Shown here in pieces: positions 35,401-44,449 of a stretch of 64,000 nucleotides of DNA. The notes beneath the pieces are model-generated. The model searched no databases, was not told the DNA's origin, and saw only the letters and a program-made list of their open reading frames with translations. Numbering within the stretch: the stretch's first letter is position 1; each line of letters starts with the position of its first letter. The position numbers and the translations under genes are program-made. Source of the DNA: a virus (Duplodnaviria > Heunggongvirae > Uroviricota > Caudoviricetes); the IMG/VR virus record IMGVR_UViG_3300047409_000308, positions 1 through 64,000 of that record. One strand, given 5' to 3'.

Positions 35401-38400
35401 CCAGTTGTGCGTGGCTTCGCCAAAGTTGTTGACGATGTAGGCTTCCACCCTCCGTATCATTCCCTGCGTGGGGCGGATGCTGCTTTGCAGGATGTCGATG
35501 TAATCCTGCGTCTCCGGCAGGTCCGACATGGAGGTGAGCAAGCTCAACAACCTTTGCTCGTACAGCTTGTCCTTGGTTTCTCTGAGAATGCGCGCCGCGC
35601 CTTCCGGAGTTTTGAGTTCGTGATATTTCGGATTTACATAACTCAGGGTCCGGAGTTCGACCATGTGCAACTGCTCTGCATTTTTAAACGCTGCATTGCG
35701 AACGAGGGAGATTAAACGCCGCATGTCGTCGCGTTCTTCCGATAGCAGGTAGCGCCCACGGGCGAACGCCGGAATGACCACGCCCATGTGCGTGTCCTCC
35801 GGGTCAACCAGGCCATACTGCGCATCATATCCAGCGTAGCCGCTCGCAAAGGACGGGCTCGTAGAAAGAAATGTCATTGGGTAGAATCCACGCATGCCTG
35901 GCTCGAATGACTCGAACAGGGTGTGCCTCGGCTCCGTGTCGGTATGCACCGGGTAGCCGGTGCCATGGTACAGAACCAGCGGCAGGTTGTTCCGATCACG
36001 AAGATTGGAGCGGCTGTCGTAGAAATTGGCGAACTTCGGGTTCAGCGTCAACCCGCGCACATAGACATCAGAGATGGAGTATTTCCGCCTGTCCGCATCC
36101 ATCTGCACCTGCTGCTCTGGCGTGATGACGGAGGCTATCGACGGGGCCTGACTGACCGGCCCGCGCAGGATTGATGCAGCCCGCTCGTCCTTCAGGATCG
36201 ACTGCACCCCGAAATGAAGGTTCTTCGGCAATTCATCGGGCTTCGTCCAGGCGTAGCCCTGCGTCTCCCAATCCATGCTCGGGGTGAATTCATGGTCCAC
36301 CTCGGCAATGAAATTGTGATACGAAAACGCACCCTTCTTGAAGGTGTAGAGCGGGGTCAGGTCAAACACACCACTGTATCCAGCTTCTTCCATCACCTCC
36401 CGGCGCACCGCATCCTGCGGGGTTTCATTGCGGTCGATGGCCCCGCCCCAGGTGCCCCAGGTTCCTGGCTGCTCCACATCCTTCGAGCGATGCGCCAGCA
36501 TCACCCGGCCCGTATCCCGCGCCCGGAAGATGACCCCGGCCCCGGCATTGCCCCAGAAGCCCGTCTCGGCCAGCGCCCTGGCGTGCGCTTCTTCGTCGGC
36601 CATGGAGTAGCTCGAACCAGGGTGGGTGGAGAACGTGCTTTCTGGCGGACTTTCAGGAGGAACTGAAACAATCCATCGTGAATTGATGCTACCGCCTCGC
36701 GGATACTCGATTAGCTCCGCTTTGTTTAATTCATGCATTACCTTATGCGGAATTTCGGTGCCATCATCGAAAATAGATTTTGCGGAATTGCCGAACATGA
36801 GCGTCGGGAGATCGCCACCTTGCATGCGTTTAAGCACCTTCTTTGCGGCAGGAGATAATTCCTTGTCAGATAGCGAGAACCTGCCAGATGACGGGGATGG
36901 TCCTACTCCCGCATCAGCCGCAGATGGTCTTCCAGGCTCTCCGCCTGCGGGGCGGTCTTCACGGCCTTCTCCAACAAGGCGACGTACTCCGGGGAGGTCA
37001 CTCTCATTCCCTCCTGCTTCGCTGGCCTCAGCAAGCCTTCCAGATACCCCTGCGCTCCCGGTGGATTCTGGCCCACCAGCCAAGCGGATTCCACGATTCG
37101 TGAGATTTCCATTTCTGGTCCTTGTAAAATAATCCGTTACGGCCTTGTAGTCGCGCAGCAGTTCACGCAGGGTGACGACGATCTTCTGCGAGTCCCCTGA
37201 TACCGCCAGCACCACCCCCATGCGTTGCAGTTCTGGAATGAACCCAGTCTCGCTGTGGTTGTGTTCCGTGTGATGGACAAGCTCATGGATCATGGTGCTC
37301 AGTACCCTGACGCTCGCCTGATGAATCGAGGCCGGGTCTGTGCCGAATCCATCGCGCACGATGGTCGGGTTGAGCATCATTGCCTTGAACGGGATGGACG
37401 TGTTGACCCCGTAATACTCCGTGTCCACGCTAACTCCGACCGGAACCTGGCTTGCATCCGCATATTGCGGCCCGCCCTCGCGCACCACCGCATCGCGCAC
37501 GCGCTTGAACACATTGCCCATGCCGCGCAGATACCCGTACAGTTGCGCCGTCCCCACCTCCTTCGCCGCTTCTTCGAGGTAAGGCTTGCCATCGAGCAAC
37601 ACGTTATCGTGGACGATGAGCATCTGTGGGTCGAGCAGGTTTTGATCCACCCGGAACTGTGTTGGATCACGCTGCATGGCCTTGAGATTTTCCTTGGTCA
37701 TCTCAGGCATGATGCGGTTATTCACATACAGTCTGCCGTCCCTGACTTCCACCTTGTCGTTCTTGTCGATTTTAAGCGTCGTGCTCTGCTTCGCTGGCGG
37801 GACATTGAGGTTGACGCGCGTCATGCGCGTTCCATCTGGCGACCATTGCGCCAGCGTGCCGAAGGATGATGTGGAGGCTTCATCCTGTTTGTTGGCGTAG
37901 AGCACGTTGATATATTTTGTCAGCGTCTCGAAGTCCGACTTCGCCGCCTGCGAATATCCCTTGCGGTTCAGTGAAATCGGATAGTTTGGCGCATCGGCTT
38001 TGACATCCGGTTCGATGTTGAAGAAGAATTTATATGGAACCGACCCGGAAAATATATCCAGCGGGTCTTTGCTGATCTTCTCATCGAACTGAAATAACCC
38101 ATTTGATAGCACCGACACGTTGTTATAGCCTGGGTACTGTGTCTCGGCCACCAGCACGCGCACTTTGCCCCACGGAAACTTCGCCACTGTCATCACGGTA
38201 TATTCATCTGCTGGGAAATTCTTTCCGATGGGCACCGTATCGCCGTTCACTCTGACATTGACGGGCTCGAACAGCGGGCTTTCCTTGAGGAAGCGATGCG
38301 CATCATAGGAATCTGGAAACTGGATGGGCTTATCTGTCCCGTCCTCATCGTCGTGGTACGTCTCCGGCACCTTGACTGTAACCACCGTACCTGATGGTGC

Positions 38401-41400
38401 GGACGTTTTACGCATTAGGATATCCGGTGCCTTGGATGGGTCAGTGAATGCGCTCATGAGTTGCGCACCGGAAGTATTCAGGGTGCTCTCTAGGCCGTTA
38501 CGCACCGTGCGCAGTTGCAGCGATTCGTTGCCGAACAGGAACAGCATCTTTGCAATGCCAAGCCCGCCGGATGCCCGTTCCGTTTCCTTCTGCGTTCCGG
38601 CGAGCGTGAGGAATGCCTTGTTGATCGTCTCCGGCGTCATGCCCGTGCCATTGTCGGTCAGCGTAATGGTTCGGTGCGTATCGTCCAGGTCGATGTCAAT
38701 GTTTGCCTCGCCCTTGTGGCCTTGCGCCAAGGCTCCCTTCAACGCATCGAAGGAGTTCTGGAACATCTCCTTGATTGTGACCGGGCCGATGTCCTTCATG
38801 TTGCCGTACAACTGCGGGCCAAGGAGTTTCGCCATGCGCGCCATGTCCACGCCTGGCGTAGCACGCACGCTACCGGGCTCATCGGCAAGCGAGAACTTGC
38901 TGCTCTTGTCCTGGGCAATCAGATCGCGTGCGGCCTGTGCTGCATCATCATAGGAATCATGCATCGACTCCTGCCCCTTGTAGAGCAGGTGATGTTTGGT
39001 ACCGATGACATTGCCCTGCGCGTCACGGTATTCATGGCGCGTCAGGATGGCGGGGAATAGCGGCCCGCGCGACCACGCTTGTACGCTTGAGTGCGGCGTT
39101 ACATCCTTGCCGCCTGTCCGGTCGGAAAGGGAGAGCTTCGTTCCTGGCGCTACTTGGGCTTGGCTGGCGGCATCGATTTCGAGCTTGGCAGCGTTCCGCC
39201 GAGCATCATGTAGCCGAGCGAGTAAATCCGGTCCCCCGGCTGCGCGACTCTCTCTTTCGAGAGCACTTCCTCCGGGGTCGGGATTGGCCCCGGTGGTGCC
39301 CCAGTTGTGAACGAAGTACCGGGTTTCAGCGCCAAAGGTACTGGTTTGCGCAATGTCATGGTGCAATGCCTTTGCAAGGATTCTCATCTGGATGTGGAAG
39401 TCCGCATCCGTCATCATGAATGGTACGCCGTCAGCACGGAAGTTCAATACGGCAATCTCATTCGGCGCAACCTTGGTGTAGGACATTTCAGGATGCGCCT
39501 GCTGCAACAGGGCGTACACGATCTGTTCCTGTTGTAACGTCAGGTCTTGTTTAAACTCGAAGCTGCGCCCTGCGGCATAGCGCGGATCGTTCTGGTTGAA
39601 CGCGATGTCCGGCCTGATCCACGGCACTGCTGCCTGCCGAAACACGTACTGCCATGCACGCACGTACTGGTTCACCTTTATCTGCGGCGTATTGCCGGGG
39701 AAGCGCACCAGCGCATTGGGATTGACGTTACCCTCGAACGCACCCGTCGATAGCGTGATGCTCGGGGCCGGAATGCGCAGGCCCGTGGCGATGATGTCCG
39801 TGCCCGCCCTGGGCTGGATGAGGTTGATGCCGCTCCGGGTGAAGGCTTCCCTCGCTGGCGTGGGCAGGCTCAAGATAGCAGGGCCTACCGCTATTTCCTT
39901 CGCCGGTACTGTCTCCAGCGCCCCTGTGCGGTTGCCGTATTCGTCAGCAAGCGATTGCCTTGTCTGCGGTGCTGCCTCGCCTGTCTGCCTGCGCATCTCA
40001 CCAGTGGTTCCAATTCCCGCCTCGCCTTGGCCCATGCGTTCGAATATATCGTCGGCGGAATGGAAGCCTTGGCCTGTCAATCCATTGCGCAGCGCCTCGA
40101 AGAAATTGCGTATCTTGTGATAGATGCCTGGGAAGAACCCGGACACATGCAGATCGCCCATGGCGTGCGCTGCGAACATGTCGGCCACAGCTTCTTCGTG
40201 CAGGCTTTCCTGCGTCAGGTTCTGTCCGGCATAGCGCGTGCGGATCGAATCCTTGTGCTTGCCAATGGGCCGGTCGAGCCAGCCTTCGCGGTCGATCTTC
40301 GCTTTCAGCAACTCCCAGTTCTTATCCGAGATCAAGCCATGCTCTCGCAGGGCATGGACGATCTCATGGTGCAGGGCGCGCATCGGCTCGCGCATGGGCG
40401 AATCCAAGGCCACCGCAATCATGTTGGCGAAATCGCGCCATTCCCCTTCAGCCCGCCTGCCGACTCCAGCGGGGATGAGGGTTTCAAGCGACAGCGCTAC
40501 CTGCTTCGCATCCAGTCCTGCCTGTGTCATCACGCCCTGGAGCATGCCTCGCATGTTGTAGATTTGCTGTGCCGCGAGAGCAGCCTTGGGCACTACATTC
40601 GGCTGAACCTTGACCGGGGTGCGTATCCTCGCTGCAACCTCTGCGGGTGAACCACCTTGCGGAACGATGACCGACGCCACCCCGCCAGCCGGGGCTGCAC
40701 CACCCTGCCTGCGAGTTGCTTCGTCCGCAGCCATTTGCGCCACCCGTTGCTGGGCAATGGATGGGCCAGGAATCCGGCCAAGGGATTGTTCCTCCGGTGT
40801 CCGTGTGTCTTCTCCAGCTTGCCGCATGGCAGACAGGGCTTCGTCGGACGAGCGCTCAACCCCAGCCGCACGCGCTGCTTCTTCGGTGGGGAAGGTGGCA
40901 ATGGGTTGGGCTTGCCTGACTCCGTTCGTGGACCCGTACAGGGAATGCCCCTGGGTCGTTCCCTGGGCCGTTGCGGTGGTCGTTGGGACAATCTGATGTC
41001 CAGGTATCAACTCGGGTGCGTTCGCGCCTACAGCGGCCCCTACGGGCCTTCCATGAGCCTCTGCGGGCATTCCTGTGGCAGCTTCAGGTGCGGCCAGCTT
41101 GGTCAGGTCGGTGAGGACGGGGAATTTTTGCATCTCCTGTAATATCTTCAGCACAGCAAAGCGCTGCGGGTGGGACATGGTAGTAATGTCTTCCCAGCCC
41201 GTGATCTGCTTCATCAAACTCCGGAACCCTTCGTTCTTCCCGCCGTTGGTGACGATGTTTGCATCGTCATGCGCGGCCTTGGTGATCTGATCCTCAGATA
41301 CCTTGGCCTTCAGCTTGAATCCGTGCCGGATGGCAAGCAGGCGGTCGATGTGGTTTGCTCGGTCTGCTCCGGACGTGGTGCCGTTTTCAGAGAGCGCCGC

Positions 41401-42657
41401 TGTCACCTCGCTGATGGTCATGCGTTCCGGAACAGGCTGTCCCGTCTTCTCCGCTATCCGCTGAACGAGCGGTGCGCCAAGTTCCTCTGTTGAGAATGTC
41501 TCTGCTTGCGGGATGACTGGCGCAGCCGGTGCTGCCTCTAGCGTTGGCGCAGCCTCACCTTTGTGTTCCAGGCGTAATTGTTCTGGATCGACGCCTGTAG
41601 CGCCTACATTCTGCGCCGTGCGGGCTTCTTCCCTGCGTTTTTGTGCTTCCAACAAGGCATACAGACCTTCCTGGCTCGGCATATCACCGGGTTGCAGCAG
41701 GTCCCTCGCCAAGGGCGGCTTCGCCGGGCCTTCCAGTCCAGCCATGCGCGCAAGACCGCCTATTCCGGCCCCACCCACCCCACCGGCCAACCCGGCCTGG
41801 AGGATGTTCTCCATGCGCTTCGAGGTAAAGAAGTCGGTGTCGGTCAGATTTGCCGCTGCCGCTTCCTGCATCACCTGCTGCGCAGCTTCGGTGAACGTCT
41901 CGGCCATCGTGCCGGAAATTGCTGGATGTTCCGCGACAATCGCTGAAAGTTTCGATGCAAGCGTACTTGCGCCAGCCGCTTCGACTTCCTTCGCCGTACC
42001 CCCGCCCAAGGCCCTGCCTATTGCCCGGACCAGCGGCTTAGTCCCATAGGTGGACAATGCCTTTGACATTTGCCCGAGGGTGAAGGTATCGAGCATGCTG
42101 ATTGGGACGGCCACCACCTTGGCCCACAGCTTCGCCTGATCGTCCGGGATGTTCTCCTGCCGGAACTGAAGATAAGTATCGCCAAGGTTGAGCGGATAGG
42201 CCCCGGCAAAGCCCCCGGCCAGCCCGCCAACTACCCCACCGGGCGGTCCAGCCAGGGCAGTACCGGCAGCGGTGCCTGCGGCCATGCCACCGAGGATCAA
42301 GGGGGTCGAGGTGATTGCACTGCCAAGCCCCTGGCCCAATGTTTCGCCAACCACCTGGCGTGGTTTTTCAAGCAGTGCGAATGGACCCGCCGTGGGGATG
42401 TCTGCCGGTGGACCGTTGATGTCTTCCTGGGACAGAGTGCCTATCCCGGCAGCAGCACCAGCCGCCTTCAGATTCGGGATGAATCCCTGGAATGGCTGTT
42501 TAAATGCAGAGCCAAGGGACTCAAAGAAACCGTAGCGATGCGGTTCTATGCCGTGCGCAGGAAGAATCTCTTTTTCGATAACACTGTTGATTTCATCACT
42601 GGACATGTCCTCCGGGAAGCGGACATTGCCAACGCCTTCAATTGCAACAAGAGCCAT
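32485..42657 (-). CDS. Giant multi-domain 'polyvalent' virion protein (3390 aa). Hydrophobic Gly/Ala-rich N-terminus, HExxH #1, GHKL ATPase, HExxH #2, NUDIX box and a weak ART-like segment.
   Basis: Verified on DNA. HEIVH at 40354-40368. GHKL G1 box DNGTGM at 38638-38655, N-box 'EMFQNSFDA', G2 'GGLGIA'. HELVHH at 37261-37278. Nudix box 'GGAIDRNETPQDAVRREVMEEAGY' ending 36376-36402. 'LYHGTGYP' at 35950-35973. Confidence 0.85.
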   Translation of the reverse strand: MALVAIEGVGNVRFPEDMSSDEINSVIEKEILPAHGIEPHRYGFFESLGSAFKQPFQGFIPNLKAAGAAAGIGTLSQEDINGPPADIPTAGPFALLEKPRQVVGETLGQGLGSAITSTPLILGGMAAGTAAGTALAGPPGGVVGGLAGGFAGAYPLNLGDTYLQFRQENIPDDQAKLWAKVVAVPISMLDTFTLGQMSKALSTYGTKPLVRAIGRALGGGTAKEVEAAGASTLASKLSAIVAEHPAISGTMAETFTEAAQQVMQEAAAANLTDTDFFTSKRMENILQAGLAGGVGGAGIGGLARMAGLEGPAKPPLARDLLQPGDMPSQEGLYALLEAQKRREEARTAQNVGATGVDPEQLRLEHKGEAAPTLEAAPAAPVIPQAETFSTEELGAPLVQRIAEKTGQPVPERMTISEVTAALSENGTTSGADRANHIDRLLAIRHGFKLKAKVSEDQITKAAHDDANIVTNGGKNEGFRSLMKQITGWEDITTMSHPQRFAVLKILQEMQKFPVLTDLTKLAAPEAATGMPAEAHGRPVGAAVGANAPELIPGHQIVPTTTATAQGTTQGHSLYGSTNGVRQAQPIATFPTEEAARAAGVERSSDEALSAMRQAGEDTRTPEEQSLGRIPGPSIAQQRVAQMAADEATRRQGGAAPAGGVASVIVPQGGSPAEVAARIRTPVKVQPNVVPKAALAAQQIYNMRGMLQGVMTQAGLDAKQVALSLETLIPAGVGRRAEGEWRDFANMIAVALDSPMREPMRALHHEIVHALREHGLISDKNWELLKAKIDREGWLDRPIGKHKDSIRTRYAGQNLTQESLHEEAVADMFAAHAMGDLHVSGFFPGIYHKIRNFFEALRNGLTGQGFHSADDIFERMGQGEAGIGTTGEMRRQTGEAAPQTRQSLADEYGNRTGALETVPAKEIAVGPAILSLPTPAREAFTRSGINLIQPRAGTDIIATGLRIPAPSITLSTGAFEGNVNPNALVRFPGNTPQIKVNQYVRAWQYVFRQAAVPWIRPDIAFNQNDPRYAAGRSFEFKQDLTLQQEQIVYALLQQAHPEMSYTKVAPNEIAVLNFRADGVPFMMTDADFHIQMRILAKALHHDIAQTSTFGAETRYFVHNWGTTGANPDPGGSALERESRAAGGPDLLARLHDARRNAAKLEIDAASQAQVAPGTKLSLSDRTGGKDVTPHSSVQAWSRGPLFPAILTRHEYRDAQGNVIGTKHHLLYKGQESMHDSYDDAAQAARDLIAQDKSSKFSLADEPGSVRATPGVDMARMAKLLGPQLYGNMKDIGPVTIKEMFQNSFDALKGALAQGHKGEANIDIDLDDTHRTITLTDNGTGMTPETINKAFLTLAGTQKETERASGGLGIAKMLFLFGNESLQLRTVRNGLESTLNTSGAQLMSAFTDPSKAPDILMRKTSAPSGTVVTVKVPETYHDDEDGTDKPIQFPDSYDAHRFLKESPLFEPVNVRVNGDTVPIGKNFPADEYTVMTVAKFPWGKVRVLVAETQYPGYNNVSVLSNGLFQFDEKISKDPLDIFSGSVPYKFFFNIEPDVKADAPNYPISLNRKGYSQAAKSDFETLTKYINVLYANKQDEASTSSFGTLAQWSPDGTRMTRVNLNVPPAKQSTTLKIDKNDKVEVRDGRLYVNNRIMPEMTKENLKAMQRDPTQFRVDQNLLDPQMLIVHDNVLLDGKPYLEEAAKEVGTAQLYGYLRGMGNVFKRVRDAVVREGGPQYADASQVPVGVSVDTEYYGVNTSIPFKAMMLNPTIVRDGFGTDPASIHQASVRVLSTMIHELVHHTEHNHSETGFIPELQRMGVVLAVSGDSQKIVVTLRELLRDYKAVTDYFTRTRNGNLTNRGIRLAGGPESTGSAGVSGRLAEASEAGGNESDLPGVRRLVGEGREDRPAGGEPGRPSAADAGVGPSPSSGRFSLSDKELSPAAKKVLKRMQGGDLPTLMFGNSAKSIFDDGTEIPHKVMHELNKAELIEYPRGGSINSRWIVSVPPESPPESTFSTHPGSSYSMADEEAHARALAETGFWGNAGAGVIFRARDTGRVMLAHRSKDVEQPGTWGTWGGAIDRNETPQDAVRREVMEEAGYSGVFDLTPLYTFKKGAFSYHNFIAEVDHEFTPSMDWETQGYAWTKPDELPKNLHFGVQSILKDERAASILRGPVSQAPSIASVITPEQQVQMDADRRKYSISDVYVRGLTLNPKFANFYDSRSNLRDRNNLPLVLYHGTGYPVHTDTEPRHTLFESFEPGMRGFYPMTFLSTSPSFASGYAGYDAQYGLVDPEDTHMGVVIPAFARGRYLLSEERDDMRRLISLVRNAAFKNAEQLHMVELRTLSYVNPKYHELKTPEGAARILRETKDKLYEQRLLSLLTSMSDLPETQDYIDILQSSIRPTQGMIRRVEAYIVNNFGEATHNWPAMEQHPVHSVIRAAGYDGMTITEDAVTNVAVFDGRNIKSVWNEEFDPKNQKFSLTGDGVRMVRDEGLAERLGRRFPVLADAVHDFTTPMGHRDDLRIKFQDRNLSLQRLNDFIKARNGSVPDAFNSYVKADALNNVIGDRIDRAERTLYTPLIDELKRSKVPINEADAWLAARHAPERNAYLKAKFGVINGSGPSYTDAAAPVLQAKIEAQYGAAQMQKIGDLFDNIIRNTNEVRQDNALTEVYDPALGFKHYAPLRKSEEDVDESPIPQWRKTGLMGDVRGREDPQMTGRKKDPEHVIAQAIMQNEKAIERAESANVGRAFAGLVRSAEPIMKGTVEEQKFVPTQKEWVVDEDGAIRVKQHPAYNDPNTLVVKEADQQNPGKIREAQFLIHDHRLAAAIKGVNPANNETAGTIIKVMGRLNTILARVNTAWNPEFFLSNLPKDIAMAEIVLQGTDYKGVAGRIAGNIPSAIKGVYLALKNDPAAATNEWAMAFDDMSRHGGKTAFLGLRDIGKKIEVIQKRVQAMQDGRGVTGKVMDTVRAVGEYLEQVNTVFENATRLAAYKAAIDAGATKEQAGTLARNITVNFSRGGQYKTLMNSLYLFYNASLQGTMVMVGALKSPRVRKIAYGIVGTAFLIDMLNRAMSPDDKDGENAYDKIMRTKAWAGEHNMILMMPGSTKYIAIPMPYGFNAFYNAGRNLSSMVAGKTPVGKAVNSTIMTALDAANPLGGTQNWLNFVSPTLFDPLVDLSTNKNFAGQTIVPEQNPFSPGQKPNSQLYWSNTALPYVKLSEWINKISGGTTAIPGAVDISPETLSYLMDFITGSAGKFAQRTARGAYMAITGDGADVEVSGIPFLRKVVGGLDKRAETESFYTHAAEVLTIRNEMKEAIATHDAERVKEVLTTHQKDLQIAGVFAKADAQLAALRGQKRKILADSAVPEEFKRTISKRLDAQMDYVIQNSNRLYVSAHAQK

Positions 42658-42660
42658 GGC

Positions 42661-44448
42661 CTATGGTTTTCCGGGTTGATAACCACCTGCCCTTGTGTAT
42701 GTGTATGCGCCAATCGGAGCCGGAGTCGTATCCTCCTTTGGCATGCTTCCAAGCCCTTTCCTTATCATTTCCTCAAGTTTCATCTGCGTGATGGCGCTGT
42801 TCCTTGCCTCCCGGTAGATATATGCCTCACGTTCCTCATCGGACAGGGAGCCAAGTTTCTGCCCAAGCGGGGTTGCCGCAGAGTCGGGTCTGGTAAGGAT
42901 ATTCATGAGCGTCTTGCGCCCCTCTGCAACATGAACGCCGATTGCCCCGTATAGCTTATTCTTCTCCTCCTGCCCGAGCTTCAGCTTCATCAACTGATAG
43001 TCGGAATCGAGACGGGCCTGCGTATCATTCGCGCTTGTCGCGGCATGAATGTTCGCTGCTGCAATCGTGGCAGCGTTTCTTTCCCTTCCCTCGGCAAGAC
43101 CGAACTGGCCGGAGATGGCGTGTCCTATTCCTTGTGCCCACATCTGCTTCTGGTCGCTGGTCAGTTTGGCGAACTGATCCTGGAGATGTCGCTGCTGCGT
43201 CATCGCCCTATCGACATTGCCGACAGCTTCTGCCCGCTGCGCCTGCTCATAGGTGGCTGCAAGCGTGGTCAGCTTCATCTTGGTATCGTCATCCGCCTTC
43301 TGCGTTTCGAGGTACTGCCTCATCCCCGCTCCAGCCCCAGCCCCGATGTTCGTCATGGCATACGGGCTGGTGCCAGCCATGGTGGCGAATCCAGCCTGCA
43401 TCAGTGCCTGTCCAAGCCTGCTTCCGCGTTGGTCAGCAAGCTCCCCTTGCATCTTCTTCAGTTCGGCCATGGATGTTTCATAGGGCTGCCCTGAAGGCAT
43501 CAAGGCATCGGTTTCTCGTTTGATGTCAGCCAGTGGCCGGTTGGCCTGCACCCCAGCCTTCGCCAGGTCTGCGGTTCCGGGCGCGTTCTTCATCGCCTCA
43601 GTCACTTGATTCATGATGGCCTGAATATCAGGCGTGTTCGCTGTGCTCTCAGGCATCTTCAATCCCACCCCGCCAGTGCGGACAATCGGACGTTTATACG
43701 TGTCATCCGGGTTCGGTGGCGGCGGCACAACCACATTCGCCCCGCCAGCGCCAAGACTGGTTGGCCCGCTGATTCTTTCTTCGGGTTCTCCGGTGTACAA
43801 CGACGGTGTTACTGCTGCTGGAGATGTTGTTGGACGCAACGGATCAAACGATGGATCAAGACTTTGTTGCCATGTTGGATTGACGGTTGGTTCACGGGAC
43901 CTGTCGTACATCGCGCTAGGGATATTCGACAAGTCATACCCTTGCCTACCGAACAGGGTATTTCCAAGCCATGCCGGATAACTATCTGGTTCAGGTACGG
44001 TTTCACCATTAGCAAGCGACACGATTCCACCACCAGCATAGCCTTGCGGCTTCATCGGTTGCTGCATCGGCTGCGGCGGTTGCTGTTGCGCCATGGGCTG
44101 CTGCGCTCCTTGGGTAAGCGGTTGAAGCATCTGCTGTCCGGGCTGGAGCATTTGCTGGCCTGGTTGCGGCTGCGGTGCCTGCTGGAATAGTTGTGGCTGA
44201 GGTGCAAGGGTGCCTGGGGGCAAAGCCCCGATACCAGAAAATTCCCTCTGCAAATCTTCCATGACGGTGGAGGTGGGTGGATTGCCGCCTTGCTGCAACC
44301 GGGCCGCATCCATCAACTGTTTCTTGCCTATCAGGGCTGGAGCCGCCACCGCTGCTGGCATCGTCGGAAACTGCCCGGCAATGGCTTGCTCCAACTGCGG
44401 GATGCTCATCCCCTGGGCTTGCTGCCAGAGAGCGTTTATATCAGGCAT
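42661..44448 (-). CDS. Virion-associated protein with Gln/Pro-rich region and a 'GYAGGGIVSLANG' motif (595 aa)
   Basis: Immediately upstream of the giant gene. Shares a 12-aa motif with the ORF at 45914..46903. Confidence 0.55.
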   Translation of the reverse strand: MPDINALWQQAQGMSIPQLEQAIAGQFPTMPAAVAAPALIGKKQLMDAARLQQGGNPPTSTVMEDLQREFSGIGALPPGTLAPQPQLFQQAPQPQPGQQMLQPGQQMLQPLTQGAQQPMAQQQPPQPMQQPMKPQGYAGGGIVSLANGETVPEPDSYPAWLGNTLFGRQGYDLSNIPSAMYDRSREPTVNPTWQQSLDPSFDPLRPTTSPAAVTPSLYTGEPEERISGPTSLGAGGANVVVPPPPNPDDTYKRPIVRTGGVGLKMPESTANTPDIQAIMNQVTEAMKNAPGTADLAKAGVQANRPLADIKRETDALMPSGQPYETSMAELKKMQGELADQRGSRLGQALMQAGFATMAGTSPYAMTNIGAGAGAGMRQYLETQKADDDTKMKLTTLAATYEQAQRAEAVGNVDRAMTQQRHLQDQFAKLTSDQKQMWAQGIGHAISGQFGLAEGRERNAATIAAANIHAATSANDTQARLDSDYQLMKLKLGQEEKNKLYGAIGVHVAEGRKTLMNILTRPDSAATPLGQKLGSLSDEEREAYIYREARNSAITQMKLEEMIRKGLGSMPKEDTTPAPIGAYTYTRAGGYQPGKP

Positions 44449-44449
44449 G

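Noticed and set aside
33073-42049. Many plus-strand ORFs of 100-230 aa inside the giant gene (e.g. 35077..35715, 37225..37869, 38324..38953, 39955..40650)
   Set aside because: They lie antisense to a continuous 10-kb ORF with verified catalytic motifs. Composition is Arg/His/Pro-biased and there are no RBSs.
32485-42657. Interpreting the 3390-aa protein as a tape-measure protein
   Set aside because: It would imply a tail about 0.5 micrometres long. No tail tube, sheath or assembly-chaperone genes were seen, and the protein carries globular enzyme domains (GHKL, NUDIX, zincin). A tape measure with embedded enzymes cannot be excluded without structure prediction.
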